From Bacilli bacterium (lineage in GTDB: Bacteria > Bacillota_I > Bacilli_A > RFN20 > CAG-826): a stretch of DNA of 64,000 nt. Both the position numbers and the translations under genes were made by a program. The notes beneath the pieces are model-generated. The model saw nothing but the letters and a program-made list of their open reading frames with translations, made no database searches and was not told the DNA's origin. The DNA lies in contig JBAZHG010000001.1 of assembly GCA_041652475.1 (NCBI GenBank), forward strand, positions 8,161-72,160, read 5' to 3'. This document shows positions 21,764 to 36,991 of this stretch, one piece after another. The number at the start of each line of letters is the position of its first letter. The stretch's first letter is position 1.

Positions 21764-23842
21764 CTACCGATTTGTGGCTCCCGATTTCTTGATGATCTCG
21801 TCGGCGACGTATCGGGGGGCCTCGCCGTAGTACCCAAACTGCATCGTGTAGTTGCCGCGTCCTTGGGTAATCGAACGCAAGTCGGTCACGTAGCCGAACA
21901 TTTCCGAAAGGGGCACGTCGGCGTCAATCACCTTGGCGTTGCCACGTTGCGATTCGCCGGTCATTTGGCCGCGGCGGCGCGACAAATCGCCGATGACGTC
22001 GCCGTAATATTGGTCGGGGACCGTCACTTCGATTTTCATGATCGGCTCGAGGATGGTCGGGTCGCATTTGCGGGCCGCTTCCCGAAGGGCGAGGCTCGCC
22101 GCGATGCGGTAAGCCGCTTCCGAGGAGTCGACTTCGTGGTAGCTGCCGTCGAAGAGGGTCGCTTTGACGTCGATGACCGGATAACCGGCCACCAAACCGC
22201 GCTCGAGCGCTTCCTTGAGGCCTTCCATCGTCGGTTTGATGTATTCGCGCGGGACGACGCCGCCGACGATAGCGTCGACGAATTCGAAACCATGGTTCGG
22301 GTTCGGTTCGAAGCGGAGCCAGACGTGGCCGTACTGGCCGCGGCCGCCGCTTTGGCGGATGTATTTGCCTTCGCACTCGCCGCTGGCTTTGATCGTTTCG
22401 CGATAGCCGACCTGCGGGGCGCCGACGTTGACTTGGACGTTGTATTCGCGCCGCATCCGGTCGACGATGATGTCGAGGTGCAGCTCGCCGACGCCGGCGA
22501 TGATCGTCTGGCCGGTTTCGGGATTGGTATGGACCTTGAAGGTCGGGTCTTCTTCGGCCAGCTTCATCAAGGCGACGGCCATCTTCTCTTGGTCGTTTTT
22601 GGTTTTCGGTTCGACCGCCTGTTCGATGACCGGGGTCGGGAATTCCATTTTTTCAAGCAGAATCTGATTCTTTTCGTCGGCGATGGTATCGCCGGTGGTC
22701 GTCGATTTGAAACCGACGACGGCGCCGATGTCGCCGGCATGGAGCTCGTCGACTTCCTGACGGTGGTTGGCGTGCATCAAGACCAGGCGTCCGATCCGTT
22801 CTTTGACGCCTTTAGTCGTATTCATGACATAGGAACCCGATTTCAGGGTCCCGGTATAGATGCGGACATAAGCTAGGCGCCCAATGAAGGGGTCGGCGGC
22901 GATTTTGAAGGCCAAGGCGGCCATTGGGGCATCATCGCTTGGAATCACATCAATGACGGTCCCGTCGGGTTTGGTCGCTTTGGCGTGGGGAATCTCGTTC
23001 GGGCTCGGGAGATAATCGATGACGGCATCCAAAAGCAGCTGCACGCCTTTGTTCTTATAAGCGGAACCGCACAGGACCGGGAAGAATTCCCCCGTCAAGA
23101 CGGCTTTGCGAATCACGGCTTTGATTTCGGCGACGGTCGGCTCCTCGCCTTCGAGCACTTTCAGCATGAATTCGTCGTCGTAATGGGCGATGTTTTCAAT
23201 CAGGCTTTGGCGCAGGGCGGCGATCTTCTCGCGATAAGCGGGGTCGATCGGGTTTGGCTGCGGCCGTTCGTCGCGGTTGGCGCTGTAGTTGTATTGGACT
23301 TGGCCGATGATGTCGATGATGCCGTTGAAATGGCTTTCGGCCCCGACCGGGTATTGCACCGGGGCGGCATTGGCCGCCAGGCGCGAATGGAGCGTCTCCA
23401 CGCACATGTCGAAATCGGCCCCGATCGCGTCGAGTTTATTGACGAAAACGATGCGCGGGACGCCGTATTTGCTCCCTTGGCGCCAGACGGTTTCCGTCTG
23501 TGGTTCGACGCCGTTTTTCCCGTCGAGGACGGTAATCGCCCCGTCGAGGACCCGCAAGGAGCGTTCGACTTCGACCGTGAAGTCGACGTGCCCGGGCGTG
23601 TCGATGATGTTGATGCGGTGGCCATTCCAAAAAGCGGTCGTGGCCGCACTGGTAATCGTGATGCCGCGTTCCTGTTCTTGGATCATCCAATCCATCGTCG
23701 CCGTGCCTTCATGGACTTCGCCCGTCTTGTAAATCCTGCCGGTATAGTAGAGGATCCGTTCGGTCGTCGTCGTCTTGCCGGCGTCGATGTGGGCCATGAC
23801 GCCAATGTTTCTTGTATGGGCTAGATCATAATCGCGAGGCAT
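21764..23842 (-). CDS. fusA: Elongation factor G
   Basis: 692 aa. [12 protein letters not shown] and DTPGHVDF motifs. Confidence 0.97.
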   Translation of the reverse strand: MPRDYDLAHTRNIGVMAHIDAGKTTTTERILYYTGRIYKTGEVHEGTATMDWMIQEQERGITITSAATTAFWNGHRINIIDTPGHVDFTVEVERSLRVLDGAITVLDGKNGVEPQTETVWRQGSKYGVPRIVFVNKLDAIGADFDMCVETLHSRLAANAAPVQYPVGAESHFNGIIDIIGQVQYNYSANRDERPQPNPIDPAYREKIAALRQSLIENIAHYDDEFMLKVLEGEEPTVAEIKAVIRKAVLTGEFFPVLCGSAYKNKGVQLLLDAVIDYLPSPNEIPHAKATKPDGTVIDVIPSDDAPMAALAFKIAADPFIGRLAYVRIYTGTLKSGSYVMNTTKGVKERIGRLVLMHANHRQEVDELHAGDIGAVVGFKSTTTGDTIADEKNQILLEKMEFPTPVIEQAVEPKTKNDQEKMAVALMKLAEEDPTFKVHTNPETGQTIIAGVGELHLDIIVDRMRREYNVQVNVGAPQVGYRETIKASGECEGKYIRQSGGRGQYGHVWLRFEPNPNHGFEFVDAIVGGVVPREYIKPTMEGLKEALERGLVAGYPVIDVKATLFDGSYHEVDSSEAAYRIAASLALREAARKCDPTILEPIMKIEVTVPDQYYGDVIGDLSRRRGQMTGESQRGNAKVIDADVPLSEMFGYVTDLRSITQGRGNYTMQFGYYGEAPRYVADEIIKKSGATNR

Positions 23843-23854
23843 AAAGGATCGCTT

Positions 23855-24325
23855 CTACCACCGGTAATGGGCATAAGCCTTGTTGGCTTCGGCCATCTTG
23901 TGGGTGTCTTCCCGTTTTTTGACGGAGGCGCCGGTCTTGTTGGCGGCGTCGATGATTTCATTGGCGAGTTTGTCTTCCATCGTCTTCTCGTTGCGAAGGC
24001 GGGCGTAGCTGACGAGCCACCGGAGTCCGAGCGTGATCTTGCGTTCGGCGCTGACTTCGACCGGGACTTGGAGGTTCGAGGCGCCGACGCGGCGGCCTTT
24101 AAGCTCGACTTCGGGCATGATGTTGTTGATCGCCGTGGCGAAAACGTCCATGGCCGGGGTGCCGGATTTCTCTTCGATCTTCCGGAAGGCGGTGTAAAGA
24201 ATCGTTTGGGCGGTGCCCCGTTTACCACCAAGCATGATCTTGTTGATTAAGCGGGTGACCAGTTTCGAATTGTAAAGCGGATCGGGTAAAACGTCGCGCT
24301 TGCTGACTTGTCCTTTGCGTGGCAT
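23855..24325 (-). CDS. rpsG: 30S ribosomal protein S7
   Basis: 156 aa. S7 sequence ([20 protein letters not shown]...). Confidence 0.95.
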   Translation of the reverse strand: MPRKGQVSKRDVLPDPLYNSKLVTRLINKIMLGGKRGTAQTILYTAFRKIEEKSGTPAMDVFATAINNIMPEVELKGRRVGASNLQVPVEVSAERKITLGLRWLVSYARLRNEKTMEDKLANEIIDAANKTGASVKKREDTHKMAEANKAYAHYRW

Positions 24326-24343
24326 GGTGTTGGTCTCCTTTGG

Positions 24344-24763
24344 TTATTCGTTGCCTTTTGGCTTCTTGGTGCCGTATTGGCTGCGACCTTGACGCCGTTT
24401 TTCAATGCCGGCGCAGTCGAGCGTTCCGCGGATGATGTGGTAGCGGACGCCCGGCAAATCCTTGACGCGGCCGCCGCGGATGATGACGGTCGAGTGTTCT
24501 TGCAGGTTGTGGCCTTCCCCGCCGATGTAGGCGGTGACTTCGTATCCGTTCGACAAACGGACACGGGCGTATTTCCGAAGGGCCGAGTTCGGTTTTTTCG
24601 GGGTCATGGTGCCGACCCGGGTGCAGACGCCGCGCTTCTGGGCCGAGTTCTGGCTGCTGGAGCGTTTTTTAAGCGAGTTCCAGCGCTTTCCAAGCGCCGG
24701 CGACTTCGTCTTGAATTCGGATTTGGTGCGTCCCGAGCGGACTAACTGATTGATGGTGGGCAT
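24344..24763 (-). CDS. rpsL: 30S ribosomal protein S12
   Basis: 139 aa. MPTINQLVR...[10 protein letters not shown]. Confidence 0.97.
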   Translation of the reverse strand: MPTINQLVRSGRTKSEFKTKSPALGKRWNSLKKRSSSQNSAQKRGVCTRVGTMTPKKPNSALRKYARVRLSNGYEVTAYIGGEGHNLQEHSTVIIRGGRVKDLPGVRYHIIRGTLDCAGIEKRRQGRSQYGTKKPKGNE

Positions 24764-24829
24764 AAATTCACTCCTTAGATTCTTTGTGCATTACGGTACA
24801 CAATACCCGGTGTATCAACCTCCGTCTTT

Positions 24830-24856
24830 TTAAAATGACCGTCGCCGGTCACCAGA
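24830..24856 (-). terminator. Short GC hairpin with a T-tract, lying inside the rpsL 5' leader. Likely terminator of the upstream protease genes and/or a leader attenuator.
   Basis: The minus strand reads GGTGACCG-GCGA-CGGTCAtttTAAAAAG: a 6-bp stem followed by only a 4-T tract. Confidence 0.4.
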
Positions 24857-24878
24857 TGGAGATTTTTGGTCCTTAGTA

Positions 24879-24907
24879 AGTATAGCGACCGTCAAAACCG
24901 TTTGCAA
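24879..24907 (-). promoter_or_regulatory. Candidate str-operon promoter (TTGCAA-17-TATACT)
   Basis: The minus strand reads TTGCAAacggttttgacggtcgcTATACT, about 115 nt upstream of the rpsL ATG. Confidence 0.5.
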
Positions 24908-24917
24908 TAAAAATTTG

Positions 24918-26486
24918 TCAAATCGCCACGAAGGAAAGCGTCGCCTCGTAGCGGTCCAGCGCTTCGACGGTAAACGCCCACGGAAGCGGGGTCCCGTCAT
25001 TGAAAGTGAAAGTTTGATATGATCCGATTCCAAAGGAGTCGCCTTCATTCAATAAGATGTCGTTGGTGGCCATCGACCCGGTCAAGAAGGTCGTCGAGCC
25101 GCCTTTTTCAAGCAGGCGGTAGATGAGGTTTTCGTTGACGGTGGTCGCGTAGGTGTTCGTATGGGCCACTTGCCGATAATAGGCTCCCGAGGCGAAAACG
25201 TCGCTCGGGAGGTCGAGTTCCGGACCTTGGTCTTCGTAGGCGATGAAGGCGTCCCCGGCGCTCCGGTGATAACTGGCCCGGGCGTCGACGTGGTACACCT
25301 TGATGCCGAAATGGCCCATTAAGTGGGCCGAGTCGTGACCATAAGCCCGTTCCGAATCGACGTAGTTGAGTTTGGTCGGGGCGTAGAATTCGATGGCCAG
25401 GTACTCGTCGAAAGCCTTGCCGGACCAGTCGGGGGCGACGATGATCGCCTCCCCGGAGGAAACTAGGGGGGCAATGTCGATTTTCCCGGGTCCGGTCACC
25501 ACGTAGGGCCGCACCCAATCGAGGAGCATCTTGCTCAAGACGGTATGGTCGCCGATCGAATAGTCCATCATGTCGACTTTTCCAGTCGGGCCGTAGGTGT
25601 ATTGGTAGCGTTTGTAGATGGAATCGCTCGGCGAGAAATCGGGGAAGGTGCTTGGAAGTGCCGAAGTATTGTAATAATCGGTCAGTCCCAGCAAATGCCC
25701 GAATTCATGGATGAAGGTATGGGGATCGCCTTTTTGGCGGTAGACGTTCAAAAAATGATAGCTGGCCCACACGTAGGCGTTTCCGATCGGATTGCCGAGG
25801 TAATTGGCCCCGTCGAGCCCGGTGTCAAACGAGGTAAAGGCCCAGAAAACCGACTCGTTGTTGCGGTAGGGGGCGGCGTAAACGAGGAAGACGGAATCGA
25901 GGTAGCCGTCGCCGTCTTGGTCGTAATCGCCGGCGTCGGAGTAGTTTCCCTTATACCAAGTGACCGCCGCTTTCAAGATGCGCTCGGTCGCCACGGTCTT
26001 GCTCCCGGAACTGATTAAATCGGCGACCGATTCCGGGCTCGAATACCATTGGCTGACACGTCCGGATAGTTCCAGTTGGCCGTAACTCGATTTGTGGTAA
26101 AAACTGGCCACCGATTCCCACTGGGTCGTCTCCGGGCGGCCGAAAAAGGCGTTTTGAATGATCAATCGGCTGGCGGTTTCCCCCTCGTCGAGGCGATCGG
26201 CCCGGTAATCGGCGAAATCGACCGGGATCACCAGCACTTTCTGGGCTCCGCGGCTTGACATCGGCACCCGGCGCTGGCTGGCGACGGGATGGGTTCTTAG
26301 CATCGAATTGTAATCGTCGGAGTAAGCCTCCGGCCGATAGTAGTTTTCCTGGACGACTCCCGATTGCTCAAAGGCGATCGGCGCGAAACCATACGGCAAA
26401 AAGGCGACCGAGCCAAGCGCGCAGCCCGACAAGGCGGCGACGGCCCCCAGGGTGATGGCCATCCGGGCGTAGAGGCGCTTCTTCAT
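24918..26486 (-). CDS. Secreted zinc metalloprotease lipoprotein, M6/InhA-like HExxH zincin (paralog 1)
   Basis: 522 aa. Lipobox AALSGCALG. Motifs HEFGHLLGLTDYYN and MMDYSIGDH. Paralogous to the adjacent gene. Confidence 0.7.
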   Translation of the reverse strand: MKKRLYARMAITLGAVAALSGCALGSVAFLPYGFAPIAFEQSGVVQENYYRPEAYSDDYNSMLRTHPVASQRRVPMSSRGAQKVLVIPVDFADYRADRLDEGETASRLIIQNAFFGRPETTQWESVASFYHKSSYGQLELSGRVSQWYSSPESVADLISSGSKTVATERILKAAVTWYKGNYSDAGDYDQDGDGYLDSVFLVYAAPYRNNESVFWAFTSFDTGLDGANYLGNPIGNAYVWASYHFLNVYRQKGDPHTFIHEFGHLLGLTDYYNTSALPSTFPDFSPSDSIYKRYQYTYGPTGKVDMMDYSIGDHTVLSKMLLDWVRPYVVTGPGKIDIAPLVSSGEAIIVAPDWSGKAFDEYLAIEFYAPTKLNYVDSERAYGHDSAHLMGHFGIKVYHVDARASYHRSAGDAFIAYEDQGPELDLPSDVFASGAYYRQVAHTNTYATTVNENLIYRLLEKGGSTTFLTGSMATNDILLNEGDSFGIGSYQTFTFNDGTPLPWAFTVEALDRYEATLSFVAI

Positions 26487-28049
26487 GAATGAGCCTCCCG
26501 GAGGGCGACGGTGATCGTCGCCTCGTGACCGTCAACCGCATCGATGGTTATCGTGTATGGGAACAAGTCCCCATCATTGAAGGAAAAATTCGGATAGTTG
26601 CCCTCGTCGAAGGCCTCCCCGGCTTCGAATAAGGACCCGTTCGTGGCCACGTAGCCGTGCTTGAGGGAATTCCGTCCGTTTGGCTCCAACAGCTGGATCA
26701 ATTTGTGGTAGGGGACCCCGCTCCGGCCGGCGCTGTTGCTGTTGGCCAGTCCGTAATAGACACTCGCAGTCCGGTTTTCCACCCGGTCGACGTAGTCTTG
26801 GAAACGCCACTGACCAGCGCGTTGGACGAAGCGGCCGGGCCGGGCGTCGATGTGGTAAAGCTTGATTCCGGCTTGGCTGAACTGGCGCGGGTAATAGCCG
26901 GCGAATGGTTGGGCCGCGTCCTTTTGATTCAAAGAATCAGGGCGATAGTATTCGATGAGCAGATACTCGTCGAGCAGCCGCTCGTCGTAATGGATCGGGA
27001 CGATGGCCGCCTCGGGCTCGGCCACCGACGGGGCGAGGCTGAAAGTCGCTTCGCCGTTGATGACCTTGGGCTGTAGCCAACCCAGGAGGGCTTTGGAAAA
27101 AGCCCCGTGGTCGCCGACGTTATAATCCATCATGTCGAGGGCCCCGCACGGACCCCAGTCGCCGCGATCGGCGTCGTAGGAATAATAATCGACCAAACCG
27201 AGAAAATGGCCGATTTCATGGATGTAGGTGTGGGCGTCAATCAGGAGTTTCCCGTATTCGTCGGTCCAGGGATGAAAGACCAGTTCGTCATTCTCATCGC
27301 GGAGCAAGCGGCCTTGCTCGTCGCGGTCGTAATAGCCGTCTTTGTACATGAAGTCGTAGCTGGACCACCCGTAATGGTAGACCCCGGGCCGGTTGACGTC
27401 GGCCACGCCGGCGTTATCGAAGCTCGTGTAGGCCCAAAACACCCGTTCCTCGTCGAGGAAAACTTCATCGTGGTCGTGGGCCGGGACCGAATAAACGAAG
27501 TACAAGGCGTCGATATAGCCGTCGCCGTCGCCATCAAAACGGGTCATGTCGTCAAGGTGATGCTCGCGGTACCAAGTCACGGCCGGGCGCATGATTTCCG
27601 CGGCGACCGAGTGTTCGTTCCGGAGCAAGAGGCTCATGGCCGGGACTTCGGCCTCGTACCACTCGCTGACTTCGCCTTCGAATTCGAGTTGCCCGTAGCT
27701 CGATAAGCCGTAGAACGAGCTGACCGAATGCCAGCCGGTTTCGGCGGGTTCCCCGAAGAAGGCCGCTTCGATGTCGGAACGCACCCCGGCGCACCCGCCG
27801 GTCAAGACGCGGCACGGATAATCGGAAAAAGTCACCGGGATGACCAAAATCGGGACGTTCCCGGTCGCCGGCGTCGCCGAGGCATAACCCTGGGCGCGTC
27901 GTAGGGTTTGGTAATCAAGTCGATACGCGGTCGGAGTCATGACGTCCGGGAGGCTCGTCGTTTCGCTCGAAACCGGCTCCGAAACCGAAGCGCAGCCCGA
28001 TATAACGACCATCGCCATGACATAAAAAAGGTTCTTCTTCATGTTCATT
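26483..28049 (-). CDS. Secreted zinc metalloprotease lipoprotein, M6/InhA-like HExxH zincin (paralog 2)
   Basis: The true start is MNMKKNLFYVMAMVVISGCAS. Its ATG overlaps the transporter stop (ATGA). Motifs HEIGHFLGLVDYYS and MMDYNVGDH. The ORF-track N-terminal 207 aa (Arg/Gly-rich) is an unstopped high-GC artefact. Confidence 0.7.
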
Positions 28050-29430
28050 CGACCAAACGGGGGAAAAGGAGATTCAAAACGAACGCCAACAGGATGATGA
28101 TCAAATAACTCGGAATCGGGGTGGTCCCGATCATGATTCGCAAAGAGGTATTGCCGAGGAAGTCGGAGATGAATTCCATCGTCGTCATCAAGATGCCGGC
28201 CCCGAGCACGACCATGGCCAAAGCCGTCGCCTGGGGGTGGAGATCGTCGTGGATCCGTTCGGTCACCCGCCCGAATCCGCGCACGGCTTGATAACCGGCC
28301 CAAGCCACGAGCACCCCGCCGACGGCCGGAAGCGGGATCAAGTCGAACGCCCGGGCAATCGGCAGATAAGCACTGAGACCGATGGTGAATAGCGCTAGAA
28401 GGACCAATACGAGCGGTCGGGCTTTCGGGAGCCGGGTCCCGATGGCGACCGTGTCCTCGTTGAAAGTGAGCGGGACCCCGGATACCATCCCCCCGACTAA
28501 AACGGCCACCCCTTCGATTAGGATGGTCTTGTCGGCGTGAGGGCTCTCTTCCGGGTTGGGGGCCGCCAAAGCGTAACGGGTGAGCGAGGCCATGTGCTCG
28601 GACACGGTCACCAAAACGAGCGGCACGAATAGAAGCAGGCTTTCCCAATCGAAGTGGAGATACTGCCAAAAGCCGAAGTAGGCTTCAAGGTTATGGAGCG
28701 GGGTCGGGGCCGTCTCGGCGAAGAACGAGGCGTTCATGAATCCAATCATCAGCGTTTCGTCGAGCGATTTCGATATCCACAGGAGCTCGACGGCGTCGAG
28801 CAGTAACCCCATGGCGACGCCACCGGCCAGGCCGATCAGTATTGCACTAGCCGGTTGCTGCCCGACTTTTTTGCTTAAGGAAGTGGTGATGAAATAGCCC
28901 ACGAAGGCGGCGACGGCCACCAGGACGTATTTATAAGCCGGGCCGCCCGATGCCAGGAGCGGCTCATAGTAGGCAAAGCTAAAAATCCGCGGCAAGAGCG
29001 ACAAGGCCAACAGGACCATCAAGGCCCCGCTGAAGGCCGGCGAAAAGACGCGGCGCATCCGCCGGACGCCGATGTAGCGCGCCAACGTCGCCAAAAGGAT
29101 GTACAAAAGCCCGCTGATCCATAGGGAAACTAGGAGGCCGCCGAGGCGGAAATTCCAAGCCGGGGTCCCGATTTCGAGCGTTTCGAGCGAGCGCCCGTAG
29201 ATGACGAGCCCGGCTAAAAAGACAAACGAAGGCGCGGCCCAAAGCGGGAAGCGGCGACCGCCCATGATCAAGACGACGAGCCCGGCCAGGCCGATCGAAA
29301 GCCAAATCGAAGAGAGGCCGACGTTGGCCCCCACGGCGACGACGAGCGACCATCCGAAAACGGCCAGCCATTGGCGCCAGCCGTTGGCCCATCCCTGCGG
29401 GACGCGGGTTTTCGTTCGGGTTTCGGTCAT
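28045..29430 (-). CDS. Polytopic membrane transporter-like protein (family not assignable by eye; possibly a nucleobase or solute permease)
   Basis: 461 aa with about 12 hydrophobic segments. Leaderless-type start (TATCAT -10, 7 nt before the ATG, no SD). Confidence 0.45.
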   Translation of the reverse strand: MTETRTKTRVPQGWANGWRQWLAVFGWSLVVAVGANVGLSSIWLSIGLAGLVVLIMGGRRFPLWAAPSFVFLAGLVIYGRSLETLEIGTPAWNFRLGGLLVSLWISGLLYILLATLARYIGVRRMRRVFSPAFSGALMVLLALSLLPRIFSFAYYEPLLASGGPAYKYVLVAVAAFVGYFITTSLSKKVGQQPASAILIGLAGGVAMGLLLDAVELLWISKSLDETLMIGFMNASFFAETAPTPLHNLEAYFGFWQYLHFDWESLLLFVPLVLVTVSEHMASLTRYALAAPNPEESPHADKTILIEGVAVLVGGMVSGVPLTFNEDTVAIGTRLPKARPLVLVLLALFTIGLSAYLPIARAFDLIPLPAVGGVLVAWAGYQAVRGFGRVTERIHDDLHPQATALAMVVLGAGILMTTMEFISDFLGNTSLRIMIGTTPIPSYLIIILLAFVLNLLFPRLVE

Positions 29431-29463
29431 AGTTTAATGATACAACAATTAAGGATTGGACTT

Positions 29464-29490
29464 TTAAAAAAAGCGTGGTCTCCCACGCTT
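29464..29490 (-). terminator. Strong rho-independent terminator after rpoC
   Basis: Hairpin aagcgtgg-tctc-ccacgctt (8 bp), followed on the minus strand by TTTTTTT. Confidence 0.85.
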
Positions 29491-29501
29491 TGGTTCATCG
29501 G

Positions 29502-33395
<3,894 letters not shown>

Positions 33396-33410
33396 GTAAT
33401 GGCCTCCTCG

Positions 33411-36400
33411 TTAATCTTCGTAGCTGTCGTCAACGACGGCGTTTTCGTTCAAATCGACGACGGTTTCGCTCGTCATGGCGCGAATCGAGGAATTGATCTT
33501 GCGTTCCTCGGCCAAGGCTTCCTTGGCCAGGGCTTCCATATCGATTTCCTGGTTGTTTTGATCGTACATACGAACGTCGATGGCCAGGGATTGGAGTTCC
33601 TTGGTCAAGACCTTGAACGACTCGGGAATGCCGGGACGCGGGATGTCGCGGCCCTTGATGATGGCTTCATAGGTTTTCCGGCGGCCGACGCGGTCATCGG
33701 ATTTGATTGTCAAAATTTCTTGCAGCGTATGGGCGGCCCCATAGGCTTCGAGGGCCCAGACTTCCATTTCGCCGAAACGCTGTCCGCCGTTTTGGGCTTT
33801 GCCGCCGAGCGGCTGTTGGGTCACGAGTGAATAAGGTCCCGTCGCCCGGGCGTGCAGTTTGTCGTCGACCATGTGCACGAGTTTGATCATGTACATAACC
33901 CCGACCGAAATGCGTTCGTCGAAGGCTTCGCCGGTGCGCCCGTCGTGGAGGATGGTCTTGCCGTCCTCGGGGACGCCGGCTTGTTTCATGAGGTCGAGGA
34001 TCTCGTCGTTGGAGATGCCGTCGAAAACCGGGGTGGCGATTTTGAGACCGAGTTTTTTGGCGGCCATGCCGAGGTGGATTTCAAGGATTTGGCCGATGTT
34101 CATCCGGCTGGGGACGCCCAGTGGGTTGAGCATGATGTCAATCGGGGTGCCGTCTGGCAAAAAGGGCATGTCTTCGACCGGAAGAATCCGGGAAATGACG
34201 CCTTTGTTGCCGTGGCGGCCGGACATCTTGTCGCCTTCGGAGATTTTGCGTTTTTGGACGATGTAGACGCGGACGACTTCATTGACGCCGGGCGGCAGCT
34301 CGTCGCCCTTCTTGCGCGAAAACACCTTGACGTCGAGCACGATGCCGGCGCCGCCATGAGGAACCCGCAAGGACGAATCCTTGCCTTCCTTGGTCTTCTC
34401 GGAGAAGATGGCCCGCAAGAGTTTTTCCTCGGCCGTCGGTTCGGTTTGACCCTTAGGGGTCACTTTGCCGACCAGGATGTCGTTTTCCTTGACTTCGGCC
34501 CCGGGCACGATGATGCCGCGGTCGTCGAGGAAGGCTTTGGCGTCCTCGTTGATGTTGGGGACGTCGCGGGTGATTTCCTCGTTGCCAAGCTTGGTCGCCC
34601 GGCATTCAAGGGTATGTTCCTCGATGTGGATTGAGGTATAGACGTCTTCTTTGACGAGCCGTTCCGACATGATGACGGCGTCTTCATAGTTATAGCCGTT
34701 CCAGGTCATGAAGGCGATGGTGACGTTTTGGCCCAAAGCCAATTCGCCTTGGCTCATGGCCGGCCCGTCGGCGATGATGGTGCCCTTTTCGACGTGGGCG
34801 CCCGGTTTGACGATGGCCACCTGGTTGATGCAGGTGCCTTGGTTCGAACGGTTGAATTTTTGGAGCCGGTAAATGTGGGGGCCTTTTTCTTCATCGACCA
34901 CGACTTGGCGCGAGTCGACGTAGCTGACGGTTCCCGGGGCCTGGGCGACGACGGCGAGGCCGGAGTCGCGGGCGATGGTCGATTCGATCCCGGTGCCGAC
35001 GAACGGCGCCGAAGGACGGAGTAACGGCAAGGCTTGCCGCTGCATGTTGGCGCCCATCAAAGCCCGGGTCGTATCGTCGTTTTCCAGGAAGGGGATGCAA
35101 GCCGAAGCCACCGAAACGACTTGTTTCGGGGAGACGTCGATATAATCGACTTCATGGACGTCGGCCATGATGTTGTCGCCGTCGGCGCGGGCGATGACCG
35201 TATCGTCGAGGAAATATCCCTCGGCGTCGATGCGGTCGGTCGCTTGGGCGATGATGAAGGGCCGTTCTTGTTCGGCCGAGAGGTAGACGGTTTCGTCGAG
35301 GACGCGGCCTTTTTGCTTGTCGACGCGCCGGTAAGGCGTTTCAATGAAACCGTAATTGTTGACTTTGGCGTAGGTGGCCAAGTTGGTGATCAACCCGATG
35401 TTTTGGCCTTCAGGGGTCTCGATCGGACAGATGCGGCCATAGTGCGAATAATGGACGTCGCGCACGTCGAAGCTGGCCCGGTCGCGCTTGATGCCGCCGG
35501 AACCGAGGGCCGAAATGCGGCGCTTGTTGGTGAGCTCGGCCAGCGGGTTGGTTTGATCCATGAACTGGGAGAGCGGGTCGGTCGAGAAGAATTCTTTGAT
35601 TTGGGAAGTGAGCGGCTTGATGTTGACGAGGCTTTGCGGGGTCACGTTGGTGATGTCGGAAATCGACATCTTCTCGCGGATGGATTTGCCCATCTTCGAA
35701 AGGCCGACCCGGAAGCGGTTTTGGATCAGTTCGCCGACGCTGTGGATGCGGCGGTTGCCCAAATGGTCGATGTCGTCTTTTTGGCCGAAGCCGTCCATCA
35801 GGTTCATGAAACTCGAGAAGGTGGCGATCATGTCCGGAATCGTGACCGTGTTCATGGTTAAGTTCAAATCGGTGCCGACGATCGGCGAGACGATTTCTTT
35901 TTTCTCGTTGTTGTAGACGTGGACGATATTGACCTTGTCATGGGGATCCAAACGGGCGAAAATCGGGAGCGAAACTTCGTGGGCGCCTTTTTCGAAGAAG
36001 CGCTCGGAGCGGAGTTCGTCGACCAGCTCCTTGGTCATCAAGGTGTTTTTCTTAACGCGAATCTTCTTGTTGGTGCCGACGAGGTCCTCGGCCAGGATCA
36101 TCCCGACCAAGCGGCTATAAACACCGAGTTTCTTGGCGTATTTGTAACGTCCGGCCACGCCGAGGTTGTAGCGTTTCGGATCGAAGAATTTTTGGTAAAT
36201 GAAATTGACGATGCCTTCAGGGGTCCGCGGTTCGCCCGGCTTCATCTTGCTGAAGATTTGGACGAGTCCGTCGGTGATCGACTTGGTGTCGGCGTCTTTC
36301 TCCAAGGTGTTGCGAAGGGCTTCGCGATCGCCAAAGAGATCGAGGATTTGCTGCGGGTCTTCGAGGCCGATGGCTTTCAGGAAGATGGTCGCGTACATTT

Positions 36401-36968
36401 TCCGTTGCCGGTCGATTCGGACCGTGAGGACGTCTTTGATGTCGCTTTCGAATTCAAGCCACGTGCCCCGCATCGGGATGAGGTCGGCTTTGTAGAGCAG
36501 TTTGCCGGTCTTGTCCATCGTTTCCGAAAGGTAGGCTCCCGGCGAGCGGCGGATCTGCGAGACGATGACTTTTTCGACGCCGTTGATGATGAAGGTGCCA
36601 CTTTCGGTCATCATCGGGAAATCGCCCAAGAAGACTTCGGCGTCGTTGATGACGGAAGTCTCTTTGAAGATCAATCTCAAGGTGACGCGCAAAGGGGCAC
36701 TGTAGGTCATGTCGCGCTCTTTGCATTCAAGGTAGGTATAAGTCGGTTCGTCGAACCGGAATTTTAAATACTGGAGTTCGAGGTTGTCGGCATAGTTCGT
36801 GATTGGGAAAACGTCTTTCAGGGCTTCGTCGAGGCCGGCTTCGATCAGCCATTTGTACGATTCGGTCTGTACTTCGACCAAATTGGGCAAAGGCAGAGTG
36901 CCGCTAATTTTGCTGTAATCGCGACGGGAATTGCCGAGTAATTTGAATTCTTTTTTGCTTTTTTCCAT
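33411..36968 (-). CDS. rpoB: DNA-directed RNA polymerase subunit beta
   Basis: The start is placed at MEKSKKEFK, with an AAGGAG SD 7 nt upstream. The ORF-track start at 36992 is an upstream extension. Confidence 0.97.
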   Translation of the reverse strand: MEKSKKEFKLLGNSRRDYSKISGTLPLPNLVEVQTESYKWLIEAGLDEALKDVFPITNYADNLELQYLKFRFDEPTYTYLECKERDMTYSAPLRVTLRLIFKETSVINDAEVFLGDFPMMTESGTFIINGVEKVIVSQIRRSPGAYLSETMDKTGKLLYKADLIPMRGTWLEFESDIKDVLTVRIDRQRKMYATIFLKAIGLEDPQQILDLFGDREALRNTLEKDADTKSITDGLVQIFSKMKPGEPRTPEGIVNFIYQKFFDPKRYNLGVAGRYKYAKKLGVYSRLVGMILAEDLVGTNKKIRVKKNTLMTKELVDELRSERFFEKGAHEVSLPIFARLDPHDKVNIVHVYNNEKKEIVSPIVGTDLNLTMNTVTIPDMIATFSSFMNLMDGFGQKDDIDHLGNRRIHSVGELIQNRFRVGLSKMGKSIREKMSISDITNVTPQSLVNIKPLTSQIKEFFSTDPLSQFMDQTNPLAELTNKRRISALGSGGIKRDRASFDVRDVHYSHYGRICPIETPEGQNIGLITNLATYAKVNNYGFIETPYRRVDKQKGRVLDETVYLSAEQERPFIIAQATDRIDAEGYFLDDTVIARADGDNIMADVHEVDYIDVSPKQVVSVASACIPFLENDDTTRALMGANMQRQALPLLRPSAPFVGTGIESTIARDSGLAVVAQAPGTVSYVDSRQVVVDEEKGPHIYRLQKFNRSNQGTCINQVAIVKPGAHVEKGTIIADGPAMSQGELALGQNVTIAFMTWNGYNYEDAVIMSERLVKEDVYTSIHIEEHTLECRATKLGNEEITRDVPNINEDAKAFLDDRGIIVPGAEVKENDILVGKVTPKGQTEPTAEEKLLRAIFSEKTKEGKDSSLRVPHGGAGIVLDVKVFSRKKGDELPPGVNEVVRVYIVQKRKISEGDKMSGRHGNKGVISRILPVEDMPFLPDGTPIDIMLNPLGVPSRMNIGQILEIHLGMAAKKLGLKIATPVFDGISNDEILDLMKQAGVPEDGKTILHDGRTGEAFDERISVGVMYMIKLVHMVDDKLHARATGPYSLVTQQPLGGKAQNGGQRFGEMEVWALEAYGAAHTLQEILTIKSDDRVGRRKTYEAIIKGRDIPRPGIPESFKVLTKELQSLAIDVRMYDQNNQEIDMEALAKEALAEERKINSSIRAMTSETVVDLNENAVVDDSYED

Positions 36969-36991
36969 AAAGACGCTCCTTGGTATTTGCA

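Noticed and set aside
28050-28669. N-terminal 207 codons of the 728-aa ORF-track model for the second metalloprotease
   Set aside because: The Arg/Gly/Pro-rich translation overlaps the permease gene in another frame. The real start is the lipoprotein signal MNMKKNLFYV.., with an ATGA overlap at the permease stop.
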